From assembly GCF_006345805.1 (NCBI RefSeq), contig NC_042998.1:63674001-63738000 (forward strand): DNA of 64,000 bases. The letters are read 5' to 3'. Source of the DNA: Octopus sinensis (taxonomy: Eukaryota). Positions 12,387-25,316 of the stretch are shown here, piece by piece; positions within the stretch are counted from its first letter, which is position 1; every line of letters begins with the position of its first letter. The notes below the pieces were generated by a model. It saw nothing but the letters and a program-made list of their open reading frames with translations, was not told where the DNA came from and ran no database searches. The translations under genes were made by a program, and so were the position numbers.

Positions 12387-12704
12387 AATATATATTTATA
12401 TATTTTATCATTTTCTCATTTTATTAAAATTTTCTTTCATTTGAGCATTCTGTTTTTTTAAAAAAATTTTTCCTTACTTATCATTTCTCCACGTGCGGTC
12501 AACACAACCCCTCCATTTATTGATCTATATATATATATATATATATAAATGCAGTCTACATTTAAACACATAAGACATGGCCATAATAGGACATCTCTTA
12601 TGTGCACTATATTTATATGAATAACATCTAGTCTATTTTTTTTTTTTTCTTCACGCCAGACCACAGTAGCAAAAATTTTCAAAATAATTTTTTGCTACCC
12701 TGAA

Positions 12705-12755
<51 letters not shown>

Positions 12756-12763
12756 ATATATAA

Positions 12764-12794
<31 letters not shown>

Positions 12795-13273
12795 ATATGT
12801 TTGTGTGTGTGTATGTGTGTGTCTATGTATATGTATATATATATATGAAAAAACAAGTCGAGATATATATATATATTTATATATATATATATACATATGT
12901 ATGTTCATATATATATATATGTATGTATGTATATGTGTGTGTGTGGTGTGTAGGAAAAATGAAATAATCACTAAATGCCACTAAGAGTGTCATGACACCT
13001 ATATTGTTAGAAATAAGAGCTAAAATGTTCTAATACTGTAGGAGAAGCACGGTGAGATAAATAGGTAGATGGATTGATAGATATACATATATACAAATAC
13101 ACATTCATTGATTTATGAAGATGTGAATGTAGCTATATACGTGTTTATGCGCATGAGGGTGTGTGTTTGAATATAGTATTGATTGTCATAAACGCACCTA
13201 CCCGAGCCATTTGCTTTCCGTGTTTGTATTCGTTTATCAGAAACATAGTAGTTAAATTCACCATATATATTTA

Positions 13274-14965
13274 CAGTATCTCACAGAAGTATGTACTGCC
13301 CCCGCAAAATTTCAGTAAAATTGCCATTACTCTGATAATATCGAAGGAAATCAAACAATATTATACATGCAAACATTATGCAAATTTGGAACACAAAACT
13401 TTAAGCATTTTCAAACATATGAACGAAATATTAAGTTTCAAACAATACAAAAATATGTACACCCTAAAGTATTATTTACTATATTCAATATTTAGTGCGA
13501 CCGCCCTTGCTCTCAATGACTACATTAAGTCTTCTGGGCATAGAGTCGGTAAAAATTTCTGTATATAACCGATGAAATACACTGCCATTCATCCTGAATG
13601 ATGTGTTTCAACTGTGTTACATTGAGGAGTTTTTCTCCTTGACTTTTCTTTTCAAAACACCTCATAGATATTGCATTTGGTTTAAATCAGGGGGCATGGT
13701 AGGCCATGGCAATACTTTGCCTTTTTGTCTGATGAAAATTTAGTCGTCATCTTTGAAGTGTGAGTAGGGTTATTATTATGTTGGAACATGAACTATCTTC
13801 CTAGTTTCTTGATGCTTTTCAACATTATTTTCTGGAATATGTCACAGTAAAGCCTTGAATCCATTGTTCTCTCAATAAATATGAGTTCTTCCACACCAGC
13901 TGCACTCATGCATTTGCAAAGCATAACACCTCCGCCACCGTGTTTCAGTGTAGGCACGGTGCATTTGTCGCTATTATCTTCACCTGGTCGTCGCCATACT
14001 CAGTTAATGCCATCTGGTCCAAACAAGTTGAGTTTAGTCCCATCGGAAGAAAGCATTTGATCCCCAAACTCCTTCCCCTTATTCACATAGGTTTCGGCAA
14101 AAGAAAGTCGACTTCATTTATGCCGGTAGTGATGAGAGGCTTGCTACGACGAATGTGTTCGTGAAGACCACACTGGTTCAAACTTCGGCGAATCGTTTGG
14201 GCGAATACACTTTTTCCACTAACAGAAGACACTTCTTGGGCCAAAGATGAAGCGGTACGACACCTGTCATCTATCACACAGCATTGAATATCACACATAG
14301 TTGGGTGTCTTGGTGATCTTGTGGATAAAGACATAAATAGACAACCACTTTGAACATCCTGGGCAGGGTTCAATCTCACGCGCAGTTAAAATACAAGGGC
14401 AACCTTGACGAAGTTAATTGCTTAGCCGTCCAATAGCTTTGTATTTCTGAATAACTTTCTCAACAGTGTGTACGCTAATATATATCCGTTTGCTAATTGA
14501 CTTGTATCCTAAACAATTCTTGCGCAAATTAAAAATAATTTTCTTCAAATCTTCAGACAATTAATTTCCTTGTGGTACCATTTTATTCACGATGGGCTTT
14601 TCACTCCAGTACACAAATCAGAATTCCCGTAGATGCACTAGCAATGACCAGTGCAAAAATGCCAGGAGAAATACTACATTAGAATTGAAATTATCAGCCA
14701 TATCTGAATTTAGTAAAACATGTCCATAAAATATTGAATATTGCAAATTTATTTTAGAGTGTACATAATTTTGTAACGTTGGAAAATTTATATTTCATTC
14801 ATATTTTTCAAAATGCGTATTGTTTCCTGTTCCAAATTTGCGTAATCTTTGTATGTATAATATATTTTATTCCCTGTAAATTCCGTTTGGCTTTCTTCCA
14901 TATTATCAGAGTAATGACAATTGTACAGAAATTTTTTGTGGTGCACATACTTCTCTGAGGTACTG
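13274..14965 (-). mobile_element. Full-length dead Tc1-family transposon with ~200-bp IR/DR-type terminal repeats
   Basis: Left end ta|cagtatctcacagaagtatgtac, right end gcacatacttctctgaggtactg. 13274-13470 is an inverted match to 14753-14965, with inner repeats of the outer gtacac motif. Confidence 0.9.
13560..14581 (-). pseudogene. Tc1 transposase pseudogene
   Basis: Minus frames: HTH region LGYKSISKRIYISVHTVEKVIQKYK; QTIRRSLNQCGLH; SSDGTKLNLFG; TLKHGGGGVM; FQHNNNPTHTSK; WPTMPPDLN. Multiple stops. Confidence 0.9.
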
Positions 14966-15017
14966 TGTATATACATATGTCTAACTCTGTATTTATTTAT
15001 CCATCTGTATGCCTGTC

Positions 15018-15059
<42 letters not shown>

Positions 15060-15097
15060 TATATATGCATGTATGTAAGTGTGTTTGTGCGCGCGCA

Positions 15098-15156
<59 letters not shown>

Positions 15157-15551
15157 ATATATATATATATATATTATAACGTGGTTTCTATATATGTCAC
15201 CTTAGTGTCGTGCAGGAATACAGAACGGGGTAGACACCAAATGACTCCACTTGTATTCCCAAATACTCTGCCAACAACTATAACCAATCCAAAACAACTC
15301 TCAGTGAACTATAACAACTTCTCAACAATTCCTTGCGGCACCACGAACTCACGTACAACACCTTTCTACTTCCGGCAATTTCTAGTCTCTCCCACTCTCA
15401 GTCAAACACGATGCTATTTATACACTTTTGGCTAGTCCATTCCAACAGGAGGTGTCATGTTACTCGCTATTACACCTCCTCTTTTGATATTTGACTTCTG
15501 TAGGAAGTGCATCTTATTTATTTAATTTTATGATTTTTTTTTTGTTTTTCA

Positions 15552-17630
15552 TCATCCCCACTCTCTTTTTTGAGAATTCAATTTCCTCAAAAGTTTTGTT
15601 TTTTTTCGTTTTCTATTGCTGATCCGCCTGGGTTTAACATCTTTTGGCGGTATATCTTCCATCGGTTTTTCTTCTCTTTCTTTGGTATATAAAGTCTGCA
15701 ACTGGTTCAAACGTCGTTTGTGATAACCTGTTTGACATTTTATTATATATATCATACTGCCTATTCTTTTTGTCACTATACCGTCCTCCTAACTTTGTCC
15801 TCCATTCTTATATATTTTGAAATGAACTTTATCTCCCAAATGAAATGCTTTGTTGAGTTTCTTGGGTTTCCCTATACGCTGATTTTGTTGGTAATATTTT
15901 ATCAAAAACTTATTATATTTCCCGGGCTAACATTAGTTCTGCTGGCGACGTGCCTGAACATGTGTTCTTGTTAGGCGTTACCCTGCAAACCCTTAAATAC
16001 TGAGTTAGTGCTGCATCAATACGCTATCCACATGTTTTAGTGCTGGCGTAAATGTGTCTACGAAACATTCTGCTTACCCATTTGATCTTGGGTGGTACGG
16101 CGTAATAGAGAAGCGATTAATTGTATACCTCTCGCAGTAAGTTTTTCATTCGTACACTGAAAACTGCGTTCCGTTAGCCGATACTATCGTATCCTGGACA
16201 CCGTATTGCGCAAAAAGTTCGGGATGGAATTTTATTGTTACCTTCGTGTTTGGTTGACTGAAATTACATATTTGCTGTCTACTAAGATCAGGTAATACGA
16301 GCCGTTGACCGGTTCAGCAAAATCTTTCTGTAGCTTGGACCACGAATTATCTGGTCGCGATTTGGATTTCACTGGTGGTGTCTTTGCTGCGAGAGCACAC
16401 CCTCTGCAGGATTTCGCCAATTGTTCAATAACACGGTCCATAGTAGGCCAATACACATAACTCCTCATTACTAATGGAATTCACTTAATACACGCTTTAC
16501 TATACACGCGACTGACACTAAACTCTTTGTGCGTACATCAACAAATTATCACGCAAAGAAAAATGTTTTCTTTTACCATCAACGTTTTTTTCATCTTTGC
16601 AATGAATTTGTTATTCTCCGATTTTATTTTCATATCTTCAACAGCTAGTGGCAGCTTCCGTATGACGTCATACAAAATATCTTTTATTTCATTTTCCGCT
16701 CGCAACGCGGAAATAACGGTAGCTTCGAATAGTTCTGTATTGTTTTGTATTGGCCTTGATAAACAATCCGCATGGCCTAACATCTTGGATGCTATATACT
16801 CCATCTTAAAGTGGCAATTCAACAATATCGTACGCCAGAGTTGTAACCGATTTGCAGTAGGAATTCCTTTCTTCGACCCCCAAAATTGGTAATAATGGTC
16901 AGTAATCAGTTTGTAACCGAAAATTTCTATGGTTCACATATCTGTGAAATTTATCCACGGGAAAAATGATCGCTAACGTTACTTTCTCTATTTGACTATA
17001 ATTTTTTTCTACCAGTGTCAGAGAACGTGAGGCATGAGTCATCGCCTTCATATTATGCTTTTTAAATTTGTGTTGCATTACTGCTCCTATGCCGAATTCA
17101 GAAGCGTCAGAAGCTACAAAATCTCCGCTACATGATCGAAATGAGCCAGCGACAAATCGAATATTGGTATTTTTATTAATATTGTCAAACGCCTTTTGGC
17201 AATTAATTAACCAATTCCACTTCACATACGTTTTAGAAAATTATTTAGTGGAACTATCAATTAATGCATATTTGACATATAATTTTGATAATAATTTGCT
17301 AGACGTCGAAAAGCTTGTAAGGCCATTATATTAGTTGGAGCAGGCATATTTTTAATTGCATCCGTCCTCGACGGGTCCAGTTTTCGTCCATTCCTTTCAA
17401 TAATTTGTCTTAAATACATAATTTTATGTAAGAATAATTGACATTTTACTTCACTCAGTGGGAAAAGGTAATCTCTTATTTTTTCAAAAACACATTTTAC
17501 ATGCTCGACATGCTGATTATGGGATTCAATTTTAATTAATCTATCATCCAGGTATGGAAATGCTAATTCATAGTCCGCTAACAGTTGAAAAGTTTCAGGT
17601 GCGACCTTTTGACCGAATGGTAATCTGTTA
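15552..17630 (-). pseudogene. Gypsy pol remnant (RT, RNase H, integrase)
   Basis: NRLPFGQKVAPETFQ..YLDD; VASDASEFGIGAV..YSQIEKVTLAIIF; GHADCLSR; RSYVYWPTMDRVIEQLAKSCRGC; YHKRRLNQL. Confidence 0.9.
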
Positions 17631-17631
17631 T

Positions 17632-17952
17632 TCTTTTACTTGTTTCAGTCATTTTGGCAGCGGCCATGCTGGAGCACCGCCTTTAGTCGAGCAAATCGAC
17701 CCTAAAACTCAATCTTTGTAAGCCTAGTGCTTATTTTATCGGACGTTTTTGGCGAACGGCTAACATACGGGGATATAAACACACCAACATCGGCTGTCAA
17801 GCGATGGTGGGTGGGGACAAACACAGACACACAAACACACACAGACACATATATGTATATATACGACGGACTTCTTTCAGTTTCCGTCTACCAAATCCAC
17901 TCACATGTCTTTGGTCGGCCCGAGGCTATATTAGAAGACACTTGCCCAAGTT
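17632..17952 (-). mobile_element. SINE family A (5'-truncated) nested in the gypsy RT
   Basis: Family A body and tail on minus. It interrupts the RT between NTHKGL and NRLPFG. Confidence 0.9.
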
Positions 17953-18460
17953 GCTATAGTCCTTTATGCGTATTGACTGTTTGGTATTTTCATCATTCCT
18001 TGTCTACTCTAATTTGTAGGTACATATCGGAGGGACCCAGTTTCAAAAATATCTTGCTCCATTTAACTTCGGAAAAATATCCATCAGTCAGAAATTTACT
18101 TGTTTTTTAATTGCAGTATTTTTCATGTTCTGGAGGACCTAGTTTCTGCTACAGTAGTCTTACTTCCTCATCGTCAGTCCAACACTTGCGTTCTTCCTAG
18201 AAAATTTCTTCGCATCTTCTGAAGTATGCCGGGAAAAAAATTATACACGCTTCTTGGTTATAACTAAATTTAATTATAGCATTCGCTAAGCTGTCTGGCG
18301 AAAATGAAACTGCGGTTCTTCCAGACTCAGCATCAGTTCCAGCAACTGATTATGTTGTACTTGTTGGTACAAATCCGGTTGCTGCTGCTGCTGTTGCTTT
18401 TGCATCTGTAATAGGCTTTCCATAATTAACGAATTTTGGTATCATAAACATTAGTTAATC
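17953..18460 (-). pseudogene. Gypsy gag remnant joined directly to the start of RT
   Basis: SPDSLANAIIKFSYNQE..YFRRCEEIF..WTDDEEVRLL*QKLGPPEHEKYCN, followed within ~30 nt by DIFPKLNGARYF..DMYLQIRVD..NTHKGL. Confidence 0.75.
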
Positions 18461-18604
18461 ACCAACATCATTTTCGAATCACTCGTCGCCACTTTTAGAA
18501 CTTGGTTTCTGTATGAGACACTGTAGTGTCGTGCACTAATACAGTGTGATATTCAACACCACGGAACGGAGTGGTCACCAACTGTCTCCACTTGATCTAT
18601 TCCC

Positions 18605-19107
18605 ATCATCATCATCATTGTTCGACCGTGGTCGAGACAATGGAATTTACCATGCTACGCCAAACTTTACGGTCCATCATGGCATTACGGGGGTCCTGTT
18701 GCAGGATGGCTGTATCCCTGGAGATTACATCAGGGTAGGAGAGTGTGCGCCCTCTGTTATTACGAGTAGATGGCTTCCAGAGGAGAAGAGTAGAAATTAC
18801 CTCTTTTTCAGCTCTACAACAATGTCCAGCAAACTGGACTCTCCTACCTTTCCCAAGAGATGACACAGGTGGTAGTTTCCCATATATTTGCATTTTGGTT
18901 GGATGGCGCTACCACGAGAGATTTTGAGCTCTCATAAGGAGGCGAGTGTAAGTTTCATCCAACCGCCTCTCAAGATTCTTTGATAACGTCCAGGTTTCTG
19001 AGCCATATAGTAGAATTGGCTCCACTGTGGCTTTGAAGATTTCAAGTTTGAAGTCTCTACTTAGGTTTGATGATCAGATCTTATGCATGTCATTACAGGC
19101 TGACCAC
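18605..19107 (-). mobile_element. RTE-clade LINE 3' fragment inserted in the gypsy 5' LTR
   Basis: FKATVEPILLYGSETWTLSKNLERRLDETYTRLLM..RRVQFAGHCCRAEKEVISTLLLW..AMMDRKVWR. Ends in a (tga)n tail at ~18605-18615. Confidence 0.9.
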
Positions 19108-21385
19108 CAACAACTGTAGCCAATCCAAAACAACTCTCAACGAACTATAACAAATTCTCAACAATTTCAGGAGTCTCCACGAACTCACGTACGACACCTT
19201 TCAACTTCCTGCGGTTTCTCATCTCTCCCGGTCTCAGTCAAACAGCTTACTATTTATACGAGCTCCGCTAGTCCATTCTCACAGGGGGTGTCATTATACT
19301 CGCAATGACTTATACGGATGTGCGTGCGTATTTGGATTACCCCATGGCATAACATATTCGGAGACGCCAGCAGATGGTTCTTAAACCATTTAGTATATAG
19401 TCATAGCCTTTTAGACAGGCCACAGCATACCCCTTGCTCAGTATGCTGCATTGATAAGTCCAAACAATGACTGTCACTCCGAAAAAAGGGGGATTTGATA
19501 TGAGTTGTCTCATTTGGTTATGACCTACTTTCCGGTGATTTATTCCAAGGACATTGAAATAATATTCTCTTACGTTTAAAAACACAGCCGCCCGATGAAC
19601 TAACAACACACACCTCGTACGAGACCATTATATATATATATATATACTCATATTGTAGGTCAAACTCTACGAGTAGCGATTTTTATGAAACGCGTAAACT
19701 TTACATCAAAATACAAACAACGAGACTATACCACACCTGTCTGTGGCGAGAAACTTGAGATCCATCATATTAGTTTAAACAGTTATTAACACCTCATCTA
19801 TGATTGGTTATTCGCTTATTTCCACCGAGAGAATGTTGGTTCATAGCTTCTCCCATACTTGCAAATGTTGGTATAATTAAATTTCTGTATATAATTCGAA
19901 TAACGTGAAGACAAAATCCTTGTGTAATGATTAACAAGCAGGATTACTATTGAACGTTTATTTTTCTTCATCTCAGCGGAAATATATTTAAGCTTTACAT
20001 TCCAACAGAACTACTGTGTAAGCACTGCAAAGTAATTCTGAATAATTACACATACACACACACACACAAACACACACACAAACCCACATATATGTATATA
20101 TAACAACGTATATCTATGCATATATATTCATATGTCCATACACACACACACACACACATGAGCACACACATCCACTCATGTATGCATTTATAACAATGTG
20201 TATCTGTACATATACATAGATGTTCACACACGTACACACTCTGACACACGCACTCACACACACACAAACATACCCATGTATGTGTAAATTTATATGCCTG
20301 AAAACGTATGTGCAGGATGTGTAGGGTTGGGATTGCGCACACCTAAGCATATGCTGGGCAAGTTAAGATGCTTTGAACATCCTGGGTTGGAGCTGGGTTT
20401 GGACACAATAACCTAATTTCATTCCACACGTTAATATCATATGAAAATAGTATTGGCTTTGATAACAGCATAGAACAAAATGCTCATAATCATAAACTAT
20501 ATTTAAGCGTGCAGATATTAGGATTCGTATCTGCACTTTAAAAAATGCCTGTATATTGATTCAATGCATTTACGTTAGGTCAAACAACATGGCAACCGGC
20601 AGCCAAAGGACAAATATAATTTATAGCGGTAATGTCAATTCTTCAATGCCTGATTTCTTAGTGCATTTTAACGTTTCAGTTACATATATTCCTTTGCGTC
20701 ACTGACAGAGTAAACCTACTTGTCTGTTAATATCTGTGTGTGTGTATGTGTGTGTGAGTGTGTGTGTGTATGTTTCGTTTTGTTTTCAGAACGGAAATTC
20801 TACTTCTATAATAGTTACTTGTCTGCTGCTTATATTAAATTACAAGGTACAACTTTGTTTAGTTTGTATAATGCCTAACAGAAACAACATAAAAAGTGAC
20901 CCTCAGCTGATTTCCTATGGGAACATATTAGCACTTTACAAGCGATGAGCTGGAAGTAACTAATGCATATTGTATACGTTATTTATGGCTGCAGGTTATG
21001 TAGGGGATATATCATAAACGGTCTCATCGAATAACAGTAAAACGGTGTAATGTTGTTGTCTATATATGAAAGTGTTTGCTATGGTTGTAGACGTTTAGTC
21101 CCGATATATAAGTGCCAATCTATACATTTAGAACAATGATGTTCTTGCCGTACATACGTACATACATGCATACATGTATAGCATACACACACAAACACAC
21201 GCATACATATACATGTGCTTGGGAGTACATATATGTGCATGCACCATTGCGTTTGGTGTGTATGTGTTTAAATTTCTATATACTCTCAAATAGACACATA
21301 CATGTATTTTTATAGACACATATACATACATATATAATATATATATATATTATATATATATATATATGATATATATAATATATAT

Positions 21386-21460
<75 letters not shown>

Positions 21461-21744
21461 TATATATATGCATATAAAGAAAAGATGAGATTAAAAAATC
21501 ATGGTATATGCCAAGAAAGCACACAATATAAAAGAATAAGTTTAAATTTCCAACCAGCTGATACCAGTGAATGTATGTAGAATACCAGTGCCAGATAAAT
21601 CCTCGTGTATGTCAGATATATCCAAGAATCTTATGCTGAATTTCAAGCATTTTGGAGTATTGACAACAATCAATAATACGTACGAAGAAAATATTTAAAT
21701 TTTAGATGACACCTTAAAATTCCAACAATTGCTTCATTCGTATT

Positions 21745-22050
21745 AACATATCACCGTGATCATCGTGACCGACCAGGCTAACAGATGTTGCCACACATCG
21801 CTTGTCTCAATGCGCTTCGCATTATTTTAGCATTCAAATGACGAGCAGGCCAACAAAAGAAAGAGAGAGAGAGAGAGAGAGTTGTGGCGAAAGAGTACAG
21901 CAGGGTTCACCAAAACTCCTTGGCGAAGCATCGTGGAGGTTTAGGGGTTTTCGCTCAATAAACCCTCACAATGCGCGGTCTGGGAATCGAAACCGCGATC
22001 CTACAACCACGAGTCAGCTGCCCTAACCACTCGGACATTGCGCCTCCACG
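21745..22050 (-). mobile_element. SINE family C
   Basis: tcaccgtgatcatcgtgaccgaccaggctaacagatgttgccacacatcgc.. matches 10762-11062. Confidence 0.85.
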
Positions 22051-22055
22051 CATTA

Positions 22056-22099
<44 letters not shown>

Positions 22100-22117
22100 T
22101 ATATATATAATATATAT

Positions 22118-22184
<67 letters not shown>

Positions 22185-22186
<2 letters not shown>

Positions 22187-22969
22187 TTAATAAATCTCCG
22201 AACGAGATGTAAACAGTAAGCGCTCGACAACGTAAAGTGTACTAGCCATCTGAATGTGGCTAGCCACTGGGGGTGGGTGTTACTGACGCTTTTAGCCCCA
22301 GGAGATCGACATCACCAGCTGGCCTTAGACACAATTTCTGTGTTCTTATGATATTTGCAAAGGGAGGTCATCCTCCCTCGAAAACCTAAGTGATACATAC
22401 GGACTATAGTTTCAAGGTTTTTGCCTCTCGTCAACGCATGGTAAACACCGGTTTTCGATGAAGGAGACCTTTGCAAATACGATTTAATGTTTTTCCCAGC
22501 AACTACAGTCACTGATTTAGAAAAACTGTCTGAAAGCATTAATAAATCTCCGAACGAGATGTAAACAGTTACCACTCGACAACGTAAAGTGTACTAGCCA
22601 TCTGAAAGTGGCTAGCCTTTCTGATATTTGCAAAAGTGGCTAGCCCTTCTGATATTTGCAAAGGGAGGTCATCCTCCCTCGAAAACCTAAGTGATACATA
22701 CGGACTATAGTTTCAAGGTTTTTGCCTTTCTCTCCTTCATCGAAAACCGGTGTTTACCATGCGTTGACGAGAGGCAAAAACCTTGAAACTATAGTCCGTA
22801 TGTATCACTTAGGTTTTCGAGGGAGGATGACCTCCCTTTGCAAATATCATAAGAACACAGAAATTGTGTCTAAGGCCAGCTGGTGACGTCGATCTCCTGG
22901 GGCAAAAAGCGTCAGTAACACCCACCCCCAGTGGCTAGCCACATTCAGATGGCTAGTACACTTTACGTT
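22185..22969. repeat. Foldback: 239-bp inverted arms plus internal direct repeats, flanked by (TA)n
   Basis: 22229-22467 is the reverse complement of 22731-22969; I noticed two mismatches. The spacer re-copies 22185-22265 at ~22540 and ~22349-22428 at ~22650. Confidence 0.95.
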
Positions 22970-22972
22970 ATA

Positions 22973-23007
<35 letters not shown>

Positions 23008-23471
23008 AGTAGTTGAATGAATTATCCTAGTATGGATAATTCGGTTAACCGATACCCGGGTAGGCACTCAATCTCATAGGCACTCAATCTCATTAGCAAA
23101 AGCAAACAATAACACATCACCATACATACGACTTGCACCCTGTTACCTTCTTATTCTTAGATCTTTCCCCTTCCAACCTTTTTTGAACTCTTGAACTTTT
23201 TAGAATCTTCTCCATTCAACCAATTTTCACGTCACTGCTTATAACGGAATATTTTAAAGAAACACTCATTATCACTATGGACTCCGTGTGAGCAGTCATC
23301 TAAAAGTTTTTGTTCGTCAAGATGCTGACATAAGTTCCTTGTCTTTCCTGATGAGAAGGCGGCATAATGCACCCTTTATTCCTTCGGAATTAGGAATATG
23401 CAGTCTTCGAAACATATGTCGAGAATAAAGGAATTTTGTTAAATCGTCGTTCAACTCCATTCTTTCATTTA

Positions 23472-23538
<67 letters not shown>

Positions 23539-23785
23539 GTGTGTGTGTGTGTGGTGTGTGTGTGTGTGTGTGTGCGTGTGTGCGTGCGTGCGTGAGAAGT
23601 ACTGATCCGCAATAGAATATTCAGCAAAGAAGTACTCCATCAGGTGAGAGATAGATATTATTATTAAACGGCACAGTACATGTATCAAAGCGCTATGTTA
23701 TGTGGTTTGCACATGAAGAACATGTTTGAATTCTCTCAGAATATGAAACTATTAATAGCGCTTTAATACATGTATTGGGACATTT

Positions 23786-23786
23786 A

Positions 23787-23827
<41 letters not shown>

Positions 23828-23831
23828 TAAA

Positions 23832-23896
<65 letters not shown>

Positions 23897-23910
23897 TGAT
23901 AATAATGATA

Positions 23911-23958
<48 letters not shown>

Positions 23959-23988
23959 TTATTATTATTAATAATAATAATAAAAAGA
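23786..23988. repeat. (TAA)n array at the 5' flank of an R4/Dong-like LINE
   Basis: Direct reading of the sequence. Confidence 0.98.
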
Positions 23989-25281
23989 TTGAACAAGCAC
24001 CTGGCTGAAAACAACCTGTTTCCAGAAGAGGAGAAAGGATGCCGCAAAGGCTCATATGGCTTTAAAGATCAACTAATGATCAATAAAGCCATAACTGAAG
24101 ACAGCCATAGAAAGAAGAAAGGCCTTATTATGGCCTGGATCAACTACAGAAAGGCGTTTGATAGCATCCCCCACACATGGATCCTCGAAACACTAGCCAT
24201 GAACAAAGTTGCACCATCAATTATAAAATACATAGGACACTCTATGAATAAATGGCAAACAGTGCTACAGCTCCAAACAAAAGAGGGACTTGTGAAAACC
24301 AAAGCCATCCCCATTGGAAGGAGAATATTCCAGGGAGATACGCTCACTCTGCTCCTTTTCTGCTTGGCACTGTCACCTCTATCGCATATGCTAAACAGAA
24401 CTGGATGCGGATATAAATGTTACGGCAAAACGATCAGCCACCTTTCGTATATGGATGGCCTAAAACTATACGCTACAAATGACAATTAGCGGGAAACACT
24501 ACTAAAGACAGTGCATGGATTTACCAAATAAATAGATATAAAATTTGGATTAGAGAAATGCGTCAAAGTAACCCTGAAAAGAGGAAAACTAGTTAAGAGT
24601 AGCAACATCACACTAGATAAAACCAATGAAATAAAAGAATTAGACCAAAGCCATACTTACAAATACTTAGGAATCCATGAACTAGATAAGACACAACACA
24701 CACAAATGAAAAAGAAAATTGATAAAGTATATTATAGACGAGTTGGATCAATACTGAAAACAGAGCTCAATGCTAAATACAAGATAATAGGTATCAACAC
24801 TTTAGACGTCCCAGTTATAAGTTACAGCTACAATATCCTTAACTGGACACTAAATGAACTGACCAAAATAGATGGGAAAACAAGAACAATAATGACAGGA
24901 TCTAGGATGCATCACCCAAAATCTGACATACAAAGACTATATATACAACGTATAGAAGGTGGTAGAGGCCTTATACAGCTGGAAAACTACTATAAAATAA
25001 CCACCATAGGTCTGCAAAAATATCTACTTCAGAATGAAGGAAAACTGATGCAAGTAGCTGCAAAACACGAGCAAAACAAAAAGCTGTTCTCAGTATTTAA
25101 GGAAGCTGACAAATGCAAACAAGAAATCATACCACCTAACAAATATGAAGAAGAAGAAGAAGAAGAAGAAGAAGAAGAAGAAGAAGAAGAAGAAGAAGAA
25201 GAAGAAGAAAAAGAAGAAGAAGAAGAAGAAGAAGAAGAAGAAGAAGAAGAAGAAGAAGAAGCAGAAGAAGGAAGAGAAGAA

Positions 25282-25316
<35 letters not shown>

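Larger units (their letters stand above)
11213..12478 (-). mobile_element. 5'-truncated Penelope-like element with ~230-bp inverted terminal arms (inverted pLTR)
   Basis: 11213-11439 is the reverse complement of 12248-12478. The interior encodes a GIY-YIG C-terminal half on minus. Each arm holds a hammerhead-like fold. Confidence 0.85.
15173..19310 (-). mobile_element. Decayed Ty3/gypsy LTR retrotransposon with both LTRs and an internal deletion
   Basis: 3' LTR ~15173-15474 follows polypurine tract caaaagaggagg|TGTA. 5' LTR ~18494-19310 aligns to it once the RTE insert is removed. PBS-like tggcgacgag at 18482-18491. Gag, RT, RNase H and integrase remnants in order on minus. Confidence 0.9.

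Noticed and set aside
20589-20630. Possible first coding exon aacATGGCAACC..AGCG|gtaatg (MATGSQRTNIIYS)
   Set aside because: Too short to separate from chance, and no linked downstream exon could be identified.
22185-22969. CRISPR-like or satellite array interpretation of the repeated blocks
   Set aside because: No regular repeat-spacer periodicity, eukaryotic context, and no cas genes.
23100-23460. Protein-like minus-strand frames (MELNDDLTKFLYSRHMF..; ..LCQHLDEQKLLDDCSHG..)
   Set aside because: Under 50 codons each, in different frames, with no recognisable motif.
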